A stretch of DNA of 64,000 nt from an uncultured Lentisphaeria bacterium. GTDB lineage: Bacteria; Verrucomicrobiota; Lentisphaeria; Victivallales; Victivallaceae. The notes beneath the pieces are model-generated. The model was given only the letters and a program-made list of their open reading frames with translations, had not been told where the DNA came from and searched no databases. Shown one piece after another: positions 45,968 to 54,693 of this stretch (positions within the stretch are counted from its first letter, which is position 1; the number at the start of each line of letters is the position of its first letter). The stretch covers positions 2,025-66,024 of the forward strand of contig CAIKZE010000219.1 in assembly GCA_903831825.1 (NCBI GenBank), given 5' to 3'. A program made the position numbers and the translations under genes.

Positions 45968-46006
45968 ACAGCGGCATTCGTCAGGTGACGGATGCCGCTG
46001 TTTTTC
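45968..46006 (+). terminator. Rho-independent terminator after fucI
   Basis: 10-bp stem acagcggcat/atgccgctgt with an inner stem cgtca/tgacg, followed by ttttt. Lies between convergent genes. Confidence 0.7.
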
Positions 46007-46030
46007 TATAATCCCACCTGATTTTCAGGC

Positions 46031-48058
46031 TTATTCTTCTTCGTGATGCTGTCTTTCCGACTGATACTTGGTAATAATATCATTGGCCACATTCGCGGGG
46101 ACCTGTTCGTAACGGCTGAACTCCATTTCGAAAAGTCCGCGGCCCTGAGTCATGCTGCGGAGTTCCGTGGCGTACTTGGACATTTCCGCCAGCGGAATTT
46201 CGGCATTAACCACTTCCATGCCGGCGTCGGCTTCCATGCCGAGGATGCGTCCGCGTTTGTGATTAAGGTCGCCGGTGATGTCGCCCATGTAATGGTCGGG
46301 AATGGATATCCGCACCTTCATGATGGGTTCCAGCAGCACCGGCCTGGCTTTGGCCATCGCCTCGCGGAAAGCCATGCGGGCGGCGATCTTGAACGCCATT
46401 TCGGAGGAGTCTACCGCATGGAATTTACCGTCATAAACAGAGACTCTGACTTTTTCGACGACGCAGCCGGCCAGCGGTCCTATGGTCATGGCTTCGTTGA
46501 TCCCCTTTTCAACAGCGGGAATGAAGTTTCTCGGGATAGCCCCGCCGACAACATCATTGACGAATTCATAACCCGCATCGTTAAATGACATGCGCAGGGC
46601 GACTTCACCGAACTGTCCGTGGCCGCCGGACTGTTTTTTATGCCGGTAATGGCCGTCGCCGTCGGCGGTGATGGTTTCACGGTAAGGAATCTTCGGCGTG
46701 GACAGATGGACTTCCACTTTATAAACGTCTTTCAGTTTCCTGACAATATTGCCGAGATGCTGGTCGCCCATGCCGGTCAGCAGGGATTCGTGGGTTTCGT
46801 CATGCCGTTTATAAGTCACGGTCGGATCGGTTTCGGCGATCTTATGCAGTCCGGATGCGATTTTGTCTTCTTCGCCGCTTTTCGCTGCGGAAATAGCATA
46901 GGACATAACCGGGTTGGGAAAGACGATAACCGGAAGCGGTTTGACTCCCGGAGCCGTTGCCAGGGTATTGGAGATGTGGGTATCTTTGAGTTTGGCGACC
47001 GCCACAATGCAGCCCGGCCCGGCATCTGTAACAGGTTTCTGTTCTTTGCCGTTCATGATGAGCAGTTGTCCGAAGCGCTCTTTTCCGTCTTTGGATACAT
47101 TGAGGACATCTTTTTCAGCGGTAAATACCCCGGAAAGGATTCTGAAGAAAGTAAGCTGCCCGATAAACGGGTCAATAATCGTTTTGAAGACCAGGCCGAT
47201 GCCGGTGCCGGAATCGCTGACCGGAATCTTGCTGCCGTCGGCGAAAACAATTTCTTTGGAGCTTGCCGCATCGGGAAAAAGGTTGACAATATTATCCATC
47301 AGTTCGGAGACGCCGACATCCTTGGCCGCGCTGCCGGCAAATACCGGGACCAGGCTGCCGCTTTTGATCGCAGCCTTCAGCCCTGAAGCAATTTCGTCAT
47401 CTGTAAGCGTACCGCCGTCAAGATATTTTTCCATCAATTTTTCATCTGATTCGGCAATCGTGTCCATCAGCGCTTCGCGGTATGCGGCGGCTTCGGCGGC
47501 GATTTCAGCCGGAATATCGGTGTCTCTGAGGACGTTTATCACTTTCTTAAAGCCGGCTTCCACTCCGACCGGGAGAGTCAGCGGAACGCAGACGGTCTTG
47601 CCGTAAGCTTCTTGAATCTGGGCCAGGGTACGCTTAAAATCGGCGCGTTCCCGGTCAATCCGGTTGATAATGACGAAGCGCGGCAGATTGAGTTCTTCGG
47701 CCATCTTCCATGCTTTGGCGCATCCTACTTCAAGTCCGCCGACCGCGTCAACGACAATCAGTACGCTGTTGCAGGCATGCAGCGCGGCGGTGGTTTCTCC
47801 GATATATTCGCCGTATCCGGGAGTATCAATAAAAAACAGGTGATTGCCTTTCCATTCACAATTCAGGGGGGTGGCGTAAATACTGCTTCGTTTTTCCTGT
47901 TCATCCGCGGTATAATCAGAAATACTGGTTTTCTGATCAACGCTGCCGCAGCGTTCAACGGCTTTGGCTTTAAACAGCATCAGGTCGCAAAGAGAGGTTT
48001 TTCCGCCACCGGAATGACCGGCAACAGCGAAGGTTTTGATTTCTACCGATTTCTTCAT
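46031..48058 (-). CDS. Elongation factor G paralog (EF-G2-like)
   Basis: 675-aa ORF with a five-domain EF-G layout. G1 is AGHSGGGKTS rather than AHIDAGKTT. DTPGY and NRIDR are present. Not in a str-operon context. Confidence 0.8.
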   Translation of the reverse strand: MKKSVEIKTFAVAGHSGGGKTSLCDLMLFKAKAVERCGSVDQKTSISDYTADEQEKRSSIYATPLNCEWKGNHLFFIDTPGYGEYIGETTAALHACNSVLIVVDAVGGLEVGCAKAWKMAEELNLPRFVIINRIDRERADFKRTLAQIQEAYGKTVCVPLTLPVGVEAGFKKVINVLRDTDIPAEIAAEAAAYREALMDTIAESDEKLMEKYLDGGTLTDDEIASGLKAAIKSGSLVPVFAGSAAKDVGVSELMDNIVNLFPDAASSKEIVFADGSKIPVSDSGTGIGLVFKTIIDPFIGQLTFFRILSGVFTAEKDVLNVSKDGKERFGQLLIMNGKEQKPVTDAGPGCIVAVAKLKDTHISNTLATAPGVKPLPVIVFPNPVMSYAISAAKSGEEDKIASGLHKIAETDPTVTYKRHDETHESLLTGMGDQHLGNIVRKLKDVYKVEVHLSTPKIPYRETITADGDGHYRHKKQSGGHGQFGEVALRMSFNDAGYEFVNDVVGGAIPRNFIPAVEKGINEAMTIGPLAGCVVEKVRVSVYDGKFHAVDSSEMAFKIAARMAFREAMAKARPVLLEPIMKVRISIPDHYMGDITGDLNHKRGRILGMEADAGMEVVNAEIPLAEMSKYATELRSMTQGRGLFEMEFSRYEQVPANVANDIITKYQSERQHHEEE

Positions 48059-48335
48059 AATATATCCCTTTCTGTTTGTAAAATTCAGTCAAATTTTCAT
48101 TCTCTGACCAACATGACAATCTATACGGGAGACTATGGAAAGAAATATAAGCAGAATATGTGCATAATTCAAAAGCACTCTATAAAATTTTATTGCTATA
48201 TTTTAAAATGATGCTATTATTCACTATCACGACAAAAGATTAAGAGTATATTTTAAAAGTTTTAGATTCTCAATAGCGTTGAATTTCTGTTGCCGCCGGA
48301 TTCGTTCCGCCGGCCTGAATTTGTAAGGGGTTTTG

Positions 48336-49145
48336 ATGAAAATCGGTTTTAAGAAAAAAGCCAAATCCGCGGCTGACCAGGAGCCCATGCTTCACGTCGC
48401 GGGAGAAACTCACGTCGGCCTGATTCGCGAAGTCAATGAAGACAGTTTCTGTTATATCGCTTACCCGGAAGAGCCGAATTCGCTGGCGGTCGTCGCCGAC
48501 GGGATCGGCGGTCACCAGAGCGGGGATGTTGCCAGCGCCATCTGTTGCGAACACTTCATCTGCGCCTGGAAGAAAAGCGATGCCGGAAACTTTTCCGCCG
48601 ATTTCATGGCCGGACATTTCATGACAAAAACAATCACTGAAGCCAATACGCTGATTTATGACGAAAACTGCCGTCGTCAATTGCCCCAGCCGATGGGTAC
48701 GACGATTGTGTCGGCCATGTTCACTCCCCAGTCGATTGTGGTCGCTCATTCCGGCGACAGCCGGTTGTATATTCTCAGAAACGGCCTGCTGCAGCGGCTT
48801 ACTGAAGATCACAGCTATGTGGCGGAGCTTGTGCGCCGGAAAATTATCACTGAAAACGAAGCGGCCGGACATCCGTTTTCACATATTATTTCCAGATCGC
48901 TGGGACCGGCTTCGGAAGTTGAACCTGAAGTCAATATTTTTCCGCGCCTGCCCGCAGATCGTTTCATCCTTTGCTCTGACGGCTTGACAACCCATCTTTC
49001 GGAAAAAAGGATTGAAGAAATCCTGGTGACCAGCAAAACCCCGCGTGAAGCGCTCGACATGTTTATGAAAGACACGCTGATTTCCGGCGGTGAAGACAAT
49101 GTGACAGTAATCTGTATTTTCAGCACATTGGGCGCGCTGAACTGA
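48336..49145 (+). CDS. PP2C-family Ser/Thr protein phosphatase
   Basis: REVNEDSF, VADGIGGH, AHSGDSRLY, LCSDGL and GGEDNVTVI motifs. ATG at 48336. Confidence 0.85.
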   Translation: MKIGFKKKAKSAADQEPMLHVAGETHVGLIREVNEDSFCYIAYPEEPNSLAVVADGIGGHQSGDVASAICCEHFICAWKKSDAGNFSADFMAGHFMTKTITEANTLIYDENCRRQLPQPMGTTIVSAMFTPQSIVVAHSGDSRLYILRNGLLQRLTEDHSYVAELVRRKIITENEAAGHPFSHIISRSLGPASEVEPEVNIFPRLPADRFILCSDGLTTHLSEKRIEEILVTSKTPREALDMFMKDTLISGGEDNVTVICIFSTLGALN

Positions 49146-49172
49146 GTCAATACGGCTTAATTTTTTCTTAGG

Positions 49173-49637
49173 TCAAAGTTTCAGACTGTCCAGAGCCGTC
49201 CAGGCGTCGCTGCCGGTTTTTTTCTCATGACATTTGCATTTTTTCTTATTCAAATCAACGCCGCATTGCGGACAGAGTCCCTGACAATTTTCATCGCACA
49301 GGTAATTTATCGGAATGCTGATCAGCATTTCTTCCCGGATATCCTCGGTAATGTCCAGTTCCGGCTCCGTCACATCTTCATAATAGCGGCAGACGGAAGC
49401 ATTCTCGACTGTCTGCTTAAATTCTTTCACACAGCGTCCGCAAACGCAATGAATCGCGGTTTTAACCGAGCCGGCCACGAGAACGCCGCGGTTTACCAGG
49501 GAAGCGTGCAGTTGATATGAAACGTTATCTTTGAACTGCACGAGTTCAGTATCTTCAATTTCCAGAAAGGCATGGCCTTCTGTTCCGGAAATATCCAATT
49601 CCTGACGCTCCAACTGCAATACATTGATTTTAATCAT
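49173..49637 (-). CDS. yceD: YceD/DUF177-family protein
   Basis: 154-aa ORF with a C-terminal Cys cluster CDENCQGLCPQCGVDLNKKKCKC, typical of DUF177. Confidence 0.75.
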   Translation of the reverse strand: MIKINVLQLERQELDISGTEGHAFLEIEDTELVQFKDNVSYQLHASLVNRGVLVAGSVKTAIHCVCGRCVKEFKQTVENASVCRYYEDVTEPELDITEDIREEMLISIPINYLCDENCQGLCPQCGVDLNKKKCKCHEKKTGSDAWTALDSLKL

Positions 49638-50137
49638 AAAAGGCCTGCTCCAATTTTTATTTTAATCGCCGCCACCACCGGCGAAGGCACATACTGGGCA
49701 AAATCGCCGTTCAAATGGGCTACTTCTTTAACCATACGCGAACTGACGAATGAATTTTGAGGCGTCGGCATCATAAAGATCGTTTCGCATTCCTCTTTCA
49801 AGCTGCGGTTCATCAGAGCCATCTGGAGTTCATATTCGAAGTCGGAAAACGCGCGCAGCCCGCGCAGCACCGCATTTGCCTGAAACCGGGTCAGGGCATC
49901 AACCAGCAAGCCGTTGAAAGACACGACCCTGGCGTTAGGCAGCTCGCTGCAACATTTTTCCAGCAGGGCGATTCGCTCTTCAGTCGAAAACAGCGGGTTT
50001 TTGTCAATATTGACGGCGACGCCCACGATTACGCGGTCAAACAAGCGGCAGGCTCTTTCTATCAGGTCGAGATGCCCGTTCGTCACCGGATCGAAACTGC
50101 CGGGATAAAGTACGGTTTTTATTAAATTATCTTTCAT
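49634..50137 (-). CDS. coaD: Phosphopantetheine adenylyltransferase
   Basis: YPGSFDPVTNGHLDLIERA nucleotidyltransferase motif. 167 aa. Confidence 0.9.
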   Translation of the reverse strand: MKDNLIKTVLYPGSFDPVTNGHLDLIERACRLFDRVIVGVAVNIDKNPLFSTEERIALLEKCCSELPNARVVSFNGLLVDALTRFQANAVLRGLRAFSDFEYELQMALMNRSLKEECETIFMMPTPQNSFVSSRMVKEVAHLNGDFAQYVPSPVVAAIKIKIGAGLL

Positions 50138-50387
50138 TGCAATGGTACTTTCAGATTTTATGGTTTAGCGCAAATTATCACGAAGTCTTGCATTTACAAA
50201 TTTGCGTTTTTTCAAATTAAACCGTTTTTTGGTGCTGTTTTTCTTTTTTTTTACTCAAAAACACGGTACATCAATGAATAACAGTTGATTTTTCTATACG
50301 GAAATATAATTTTCTTTTTGCCAAAATCAAAGTATTTTAACTTTATAAAACGGTTTGAGCGGAAAATTAAGAGGGATTTAACGGTTG

Positions 50388-51368
50388 ATGGGTATTCCGG
50401 AAAACAACAAAACAATAATTGATGTGCCTTCGCTGGATGCGCTGATGGAACACGGCATTAAAGACGCCTGTGTGGCCATAGGAGTCTTTGACGGCGTCCA
50501 CCGCGGGCATCAACTGTTGATAAAAAACTTGCTGGCAATGAGTGACAAACATCACTGCACACCGGCGGCGCTGACTTTTTTCCCGCATCCGCGTGAAGTC
50601 ATAAATCCGGAGAATCCGCCGCCATTGCTGGTGCCGCCGTTCAAAAAGATTGAACTGCTGCATCAGTACGGCATCAAAGCGGTAGTCACAATTCCTTTTT
50701 CCCGTGAGTTTTCAGCCCAGACGCCGGAGGAATTCATCAAAAACTGCCTGCATTCATCACGGGTCAAAATCCGCGGAATCTGCGTCGGCAGCAAATGGCG
50801 GTTCGGCACCGGCGGTTCGGGTGACAGTTCCGTGCTGCACAGTTTTGCCGACAGGGGACACTTCGATTTTGAAACGGTGGATGAACTGGTCATCGGCGAT
50901 TCGATTGTCAGCAGCACCTCCATCCGCCGCGCGATATCTGCCGGACTGCTGGACCGCGCCGGAGAAATGCTCGGACGGCCCTACAGCCTTTGCGGGATTG
51001 TGGAAAAAGGATATCATGTGGCGGGGCCGGAACTGGCGCACCCGACCGCAAATCTCAAAATTACTTATGGCGTTCTGCCGCCCGACGGCGTATATGCCGC
51101 ATCCGCGATTGTCGGGGACAGGCGCTATCCGGCGGCGGTCAACATCGGGGTTTCCCCCACTTACGACCGGCCGGATGACAAGAGCAGACGCCTTGAAGTT
51201 CATATTATCGATTTTGATCGCGATCTTTACGGGGCGTCAATTGAAGTGGAATTGCTCCAGTACCTCAGAGAAGAACGGTGCTTCCTTAATTCCGCCATGC
51301 TGAAATCCCAGATTATTAAAGATGTCGAAGATATTAAACAGATCATTACTAATTACAAACATAAATAA
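50388..51368 (+). CDS. ribF: Bifunctional riboflavin kinase / FMN adenylyltransferase
   Basis: IGVFDGVHRGHQ and SSTSIRRAI in the N-terminal half. PTANL and EVHIIDFDRDLYG in the kinase half. Confidence 0.9.
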   Translation: MGIPENNKTIIDVPSLDALMEHGIKDACVAIGVFDGVHRGHQLLIKNLLAMSDKHHCTPAALTFFPHPREVINPENPPPLLVPPFKKIELLHQYGIKAVVTIPFSREFSAQTPEEFIKNCLHSSRVKIRGICVGSKWRFGTGGSGDSSVLHSFADRGHFDFETVDELVIGDSIVSSTSIRRAISAGLLDRAGEMLGRPYSLCGIVEKGYHVAGPELAHPTANLKITYGVLPPDGVYAASAIVGDRRYPAAVNIGVSPTYDRPDDKSRRLEVHIIDFDRDLYGASIEVELLQYLREERCFLNSAMLKSQIIKDVEDIKQIITNYKHK

Positions 51369-51386
51369 CTCCCGGAGGGTATTTAA

Positions 51387-52586
51387 ATGAACGAGAAAAA
51401 AGCTTATTCAATCGTGGAACTGGCGGAAATGCTCAATGTCCCGCGCACTACTTTAAACGACTGGCTGACCCGTTTCTACCAGTACATCGAATGTGAAACC
51501 CGCGGCAAGAGAAAAGTTTATTTTGATACTTCGCTTGAAGTGCTGAAGGAAGTTTCCGAGCTTCGCAATTCCGGCATGGCGGCATCCGATATCGAAAAAG
51601 AACTTGCCAAACGCCATCCGGTTCATGCGGAAATAGCGCCGCCGCAGCCGGAGGAAGAATCCGAAAGCGGCGAGCCGGCTGCTCAGCCTGCGGCCCAGGA
51701 AATGATGCCGCCGGTTGTCAGACAGCAGGCCGAAGAAATCGGCAGAATGCTCGGCAAGGAGCTTAAGAACATCGCCGAGCGGCTTGAAGCCTCAAAAGAT
51801 ATGAATAAATCATTTGCCCGTAAAACCATGCGCTGGTATATCCTGGCGCTGGTGCTGATCGTCGCCATGGGGGCAACCGCCATCCTCATTACCGTCAAGG
51901 CGGGCGAACTGCTCAAACGGCAGGACTTGAAAATTGCCGGCAACAGCAACATCCTCAGCAAGATTGACCGCCAGAATGATTCTATTACCAAGGAACTCCA
52001 GCAGCGCGACCAGCTTATTTCCAAACAGAATCAGGACTTGCAGCGCATGAGCATTCTCCTTGATAAGAACAGCAGCGACTATCAAAAAAATATTGAAAAA
52101 CTGCAACAGGAACTTAATAAGCAGCGGGAAGATTTCAAGGCGATGATTGAAAAAGCGTCCCAGAACGCCGACACTAAAACTTCCGCCGAACTCGCCGCAA
52201 TAAAAGATTACTTTGCCAAGGAAAAACTTGAATATATCAGTAAACTGGAGGAACTAGGGAAAGAAACTGCCGAGCGCGGCCGCCTCATTGACCAGCTCAA
52301 AAACGACATGCAGAAACAGTCCGAAGAGTATAAAGCCGCGCTGGTCAGAAATGAAAAAAATGTCATTGACTCCAAAGACAATATTATCAATAAGCTGAAA
52401 GAAGAATTCTCTCAGAAGCGCCAGGAATATGCCAGGAAAATGCAGCAGTTAACCCGCGAATCCGAGGATAAAAACAAACAGATAGAAAATCTGACCAAAC
52501 ATGCCGCCGAACAAAACGATACGATCAACCAGATGAAGGCCAAGCAGGCGGAACCGGCTCCGGCTGAAAAACCCGCAGCTCAATAG
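51387..52586 (+). CDS. MerR-type HTH, single TM, long K/E/Q-rich coiled-coil protein
   Basis: 399-aa ORF. The N-terminus is YSIVELAEMLNVPRTTLNDWL and the TM is WYILALVLIVAMGATAILITV. The remaining ~230 aa show heptad-like periodicity and are rich in charged residues. Confidence 0.7.
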   Translation: MNEKKAYSIVELAEMLNVPRTTLNDWLTRFYQYIECETRGKRKVYFDTSLEVLKEVSELRNSGMAASDIEKELAKRHPVHAEIAPPQPEEESESGEPAAQPAAQEMMPPVVRQQAEEIGRMLGKELKNIAERLEASKDMNKSFARKTMRWYILALVLIVAMGATAILITVKAGELLKRQDLKIAGNSNILSKIDRQNDSITKELQQRDQLISKQNQDLQRMSILLDKNSSDYQKNIEKLQQELNKQREDFKAMIEKASQNADTKTSAELAAIKDYFAKEKLEYISKLEELGKETAERGRLIDQLKNDMQKQSEEYKAALVRNEKNVIDSKDNIINKLKEEFSQKRQEYARKMQQLTRESEDKNKQIENLTKHAAEQNDTINQMKAKQAEPAPAEKPAAQ

Positions 52587-52606
52587 TTTTTCGCCATAAA
52601 AATAAA

Positions 52607-52637
52607 ACGGCGCAGTTTACCGCTGCGCCGTTTTTTA
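52607..52637. terminator. Bidirectional rho-independent terminator
   Basis: 9-bp GC-rich stem acggcgcag/ctgcgccgt flanked by aaaataaa and ttttttatt. Lies between convergent genes. Confidence 0.75.
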
Positions 52638-52655
52638 TTGTAGTGACTTGAATTG

Positions 52656-53423
52656 TTATCTGAATACCGGAATCGCGTCTCTAAGCCAGAAATCGTTGTA
52701 CTTAATATCCTGAACATGGCCGTCAGCCCGGAGCGAATTACATGTTTTTACACCAAATCCGTGTGTCAGAATGCCCAGCGAGCCGGCATTGCCATCGGCG
52801 GGAAGGTCATTGTTGACTAGAGTATCAGGTGTAACTATCCCGTCAGCCCAACTTCCCAAATACCATGTAAAAGCAAACGGATATCTCTCGAATGCCCCGT
52901 CGGCGGAACCTCCGTTGGCGGTTTGCTGTTTGCCGTCGGCAATGGTAAGGACGGCCGCCGGAGATTTTATTTTGCTTACCGGCATGGCCGGAAAGTTACT
53001 GGCATCAGGAACAGTTATGTTGAAATTGCCCATGCCGGTTATGTAAGGATTCACGGAATAGGTCAGTCCCCCGGCAGTGTTTCCGGCTGAAATGGGCTGG
53101 CGAGTGGCCAACGGGCAAATAAACGTGGAAACCGTTTTTCCTCTCAGGTCACGATTTATGTACGGCGCCAGAAAACCGTTCCAACTGTAAGTGGCGGCAA
53201 CGCCGTTAACAACTCCAGGCTGACGCGGCGGTAAATAATTCCTGTAATCATCCGCATACATCTGGAAGAAAAGACCAATTTGTTTCTGATTGCTTCTGCA
53301 ACTGTTGATCTTTGCCGAAATTCTTGCTTTGTTCAAAGACGGAAGCAGCATTGAGGCCAAAATCGCGATGATCGCGATCACCACGAGGAGTTCAATGAGT
53401 GTGAAATTTTTTCGCATATTCAT
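52656..53423 (-). CDS. Pilin-like protein with prepilin-type N-terminal domain and C-terminal (D/E)GHV box
   Basis: [30 protein letters not shown], with RADGHV near the C-terminus. Confidence 0.85.
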   Translation of the reverse strand: MNMRKNFTLIELLVVIAIIAILASMLLPSLNKARISAKINSCRSNQKQIGLFFQMYADDYRNYLPPRQPGVVNGVAATYSWNGFLAPYINRDLRGKTVSTFICPLATRQPISAGNTAGGLTYSVNPYITGMGNFNITVPDASNFPAMPVSKIKSPAAVLTIADGKQQTANGGSADGAFERYPFAFTWYLGSWADGIVTPDTLVNNDLPADGNAGSLGILTHGFGVKTCNSLRADGHVQDIKYNDFWLRDAIPVFR

Positions 53424-53625
53424 TTTTATATTCCTTCTTTTTTAATTACTACAACCGTTTCGCTATTTATAGTTTAATTCACTTTCTGAAAAAAAGCAAC
53501 AATAAATTAAATAATTTCATTAAAAAATATTGCTTTTTAGCAAAATAAGCGTTATTATTATATTCATAAAATGAATAAACTATTTAAATAGAACATCAGA
53601 TTAGGCTAAATGGAGAAAAAAAGTA

Positions 53626-54660
53626 ATGTTTAAAAAATATAGACTGACAATATCGATCTTAATGGCGGTCATGCTTTTTGCGCCTTGCGCCGGTGCGGCA
53701 GAAAACACTGACGCCGGGATTGCACAGGCGACCCCGCAAATGCGGGAACGGGCGGTTAATCTCAGCCGGATCCTGAATTTCAAGCCGGAATATCGCCGCG
53801 GGGTATTTATGTATGACCGTACAATTTCCGGATATGAGAAAAATCCTGAAAAACTGGCCGCCAGATGTAAAATGCTCGGTCTTACGGAGGTTTACTACAG
53901 TTTCAGCGACAAGCATGCCGCAGATAAAAAAGACAGTGACCGGGCGGCGGCGTTCAGCGCGGCATTCCATAAATACGGTCTTAAAGTGTATGCGCTGAAA
54001 TATGACGGCGCGGAAGCTTTTGCTTCTGAATCTTATGTCCAAAAATCAGCCCGTACCGTTCTTGACTACAACCAGTCCGTAAAACCGGAATCGCATTTTG
54101 ACGCGATTATTGCCGATCTCGAACCGCATATTCTAAAAAAAGGCCGTTCTTATGTTCCCAGGGATTTGAAGTATTACTGGGATGAGAAGGGTTACGGTCC
54201 GGGTAAAAGCAATGACCAACTAGTGAAACAGGCGTTGACTATTTTGTCCATGGCGAAACAGGAATTAAAAGGATTGGAAATTTCCGAAGCGCTCGGTTTC
54301 TTTTTTGAATCCCGTTATCAGAAAGGAGAGTTGCCCAGCGCCTCAATTAATAACTTTCTTGAACCATGTGCCTTTGTCACGATAATGGCATACGCCAACA
54401 AACCGGAAAAAATATTCCGGATGGCGGAAGCCCAGTTGAAAAACAGCAAGCGTCCGGGAAGTGTTGCAATTTGCTTGAAAACCAGTGTCGGCACCATGAA
54501 TGACGACGGCATTGAATCCTCGCTGCAGCCGCAAGGCTGGGACAAGTTGATTGAAGCCGCGGACCATGTAACAAAAGCCGCGGAAAAATATCCGTCATTT
54601 CGCGGCATTGACTTCTTCGAATATGCCGGGTTGGAAAAAATGTGGGAAAACAAGCAGTAA
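53626..54660 (+). CDS. Secreted hypothetical protein, putative TIM-barrel glycoside-hydrolase-like
   Basis: 344-aa ORF with a signal peptide. Its core is paralogous to the middle of the next gene (VLDYNQSVKPESHFDAIIADLEP vs ILDYNKQVAEEERFDGFQSDVEP). Confidence 0.7.
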   Translation: MFKKYRLTISILMAVMLFAPCAGAAENTDAGIAQATPQMRERAVNLSRILNFKPEYRRGVFMYDRTISGYEKNPEKLAARCKMLGLTEVYYSFSDKHAADKKDSDRAAAFSAAFHKYGLKVYALKYDGAEAFASESYVQKSARTVLDYNQSVKPESHFDAIIADLEPHILKKGRSYVPRDLKYYWDEKGYGPGKSNDQLVKQALTILSMAKQELKGLEISEALGFFFESRYQKGELPSASINNFLEPCAFVTIMAYANKPEKIFRMAEAQLKNSKRPGSVAICLKTSVGTMNDDGIESSLQPQGWDKLIEAADHVTKAAEKYPSFRGIDFFEYAGLEKMWENKQ

Positions 54661-54693
54661 CAGATATTAAGCTGACGATAAAAAGGAGCATCA

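Noticed and set aside
46043-48211. Plus-strand ORFs of 181-255 aa antisense to the EF-G paralog, and minus-strand ORFs at 44102-44611 and 45362-45838 antisense to fucI, and at 48270-48872 antisense to PP2C
   Set aside because: The opposite-strand genes have unambiguous homology (EF-G, FucI, PP2C). The antisense ORFs show no motifs.
50169-50212. Hairpin cgcaaatt...aatttgcg followed by a T-run upstream of ribF, considered as a terminator, attenuator or FMN riboswitch
   Set aside because: There is no plus-strand gene upstream to terminate. The loop is long (22 nt) and the stem AT-rich. I see none of the conserved FMN-element segments.
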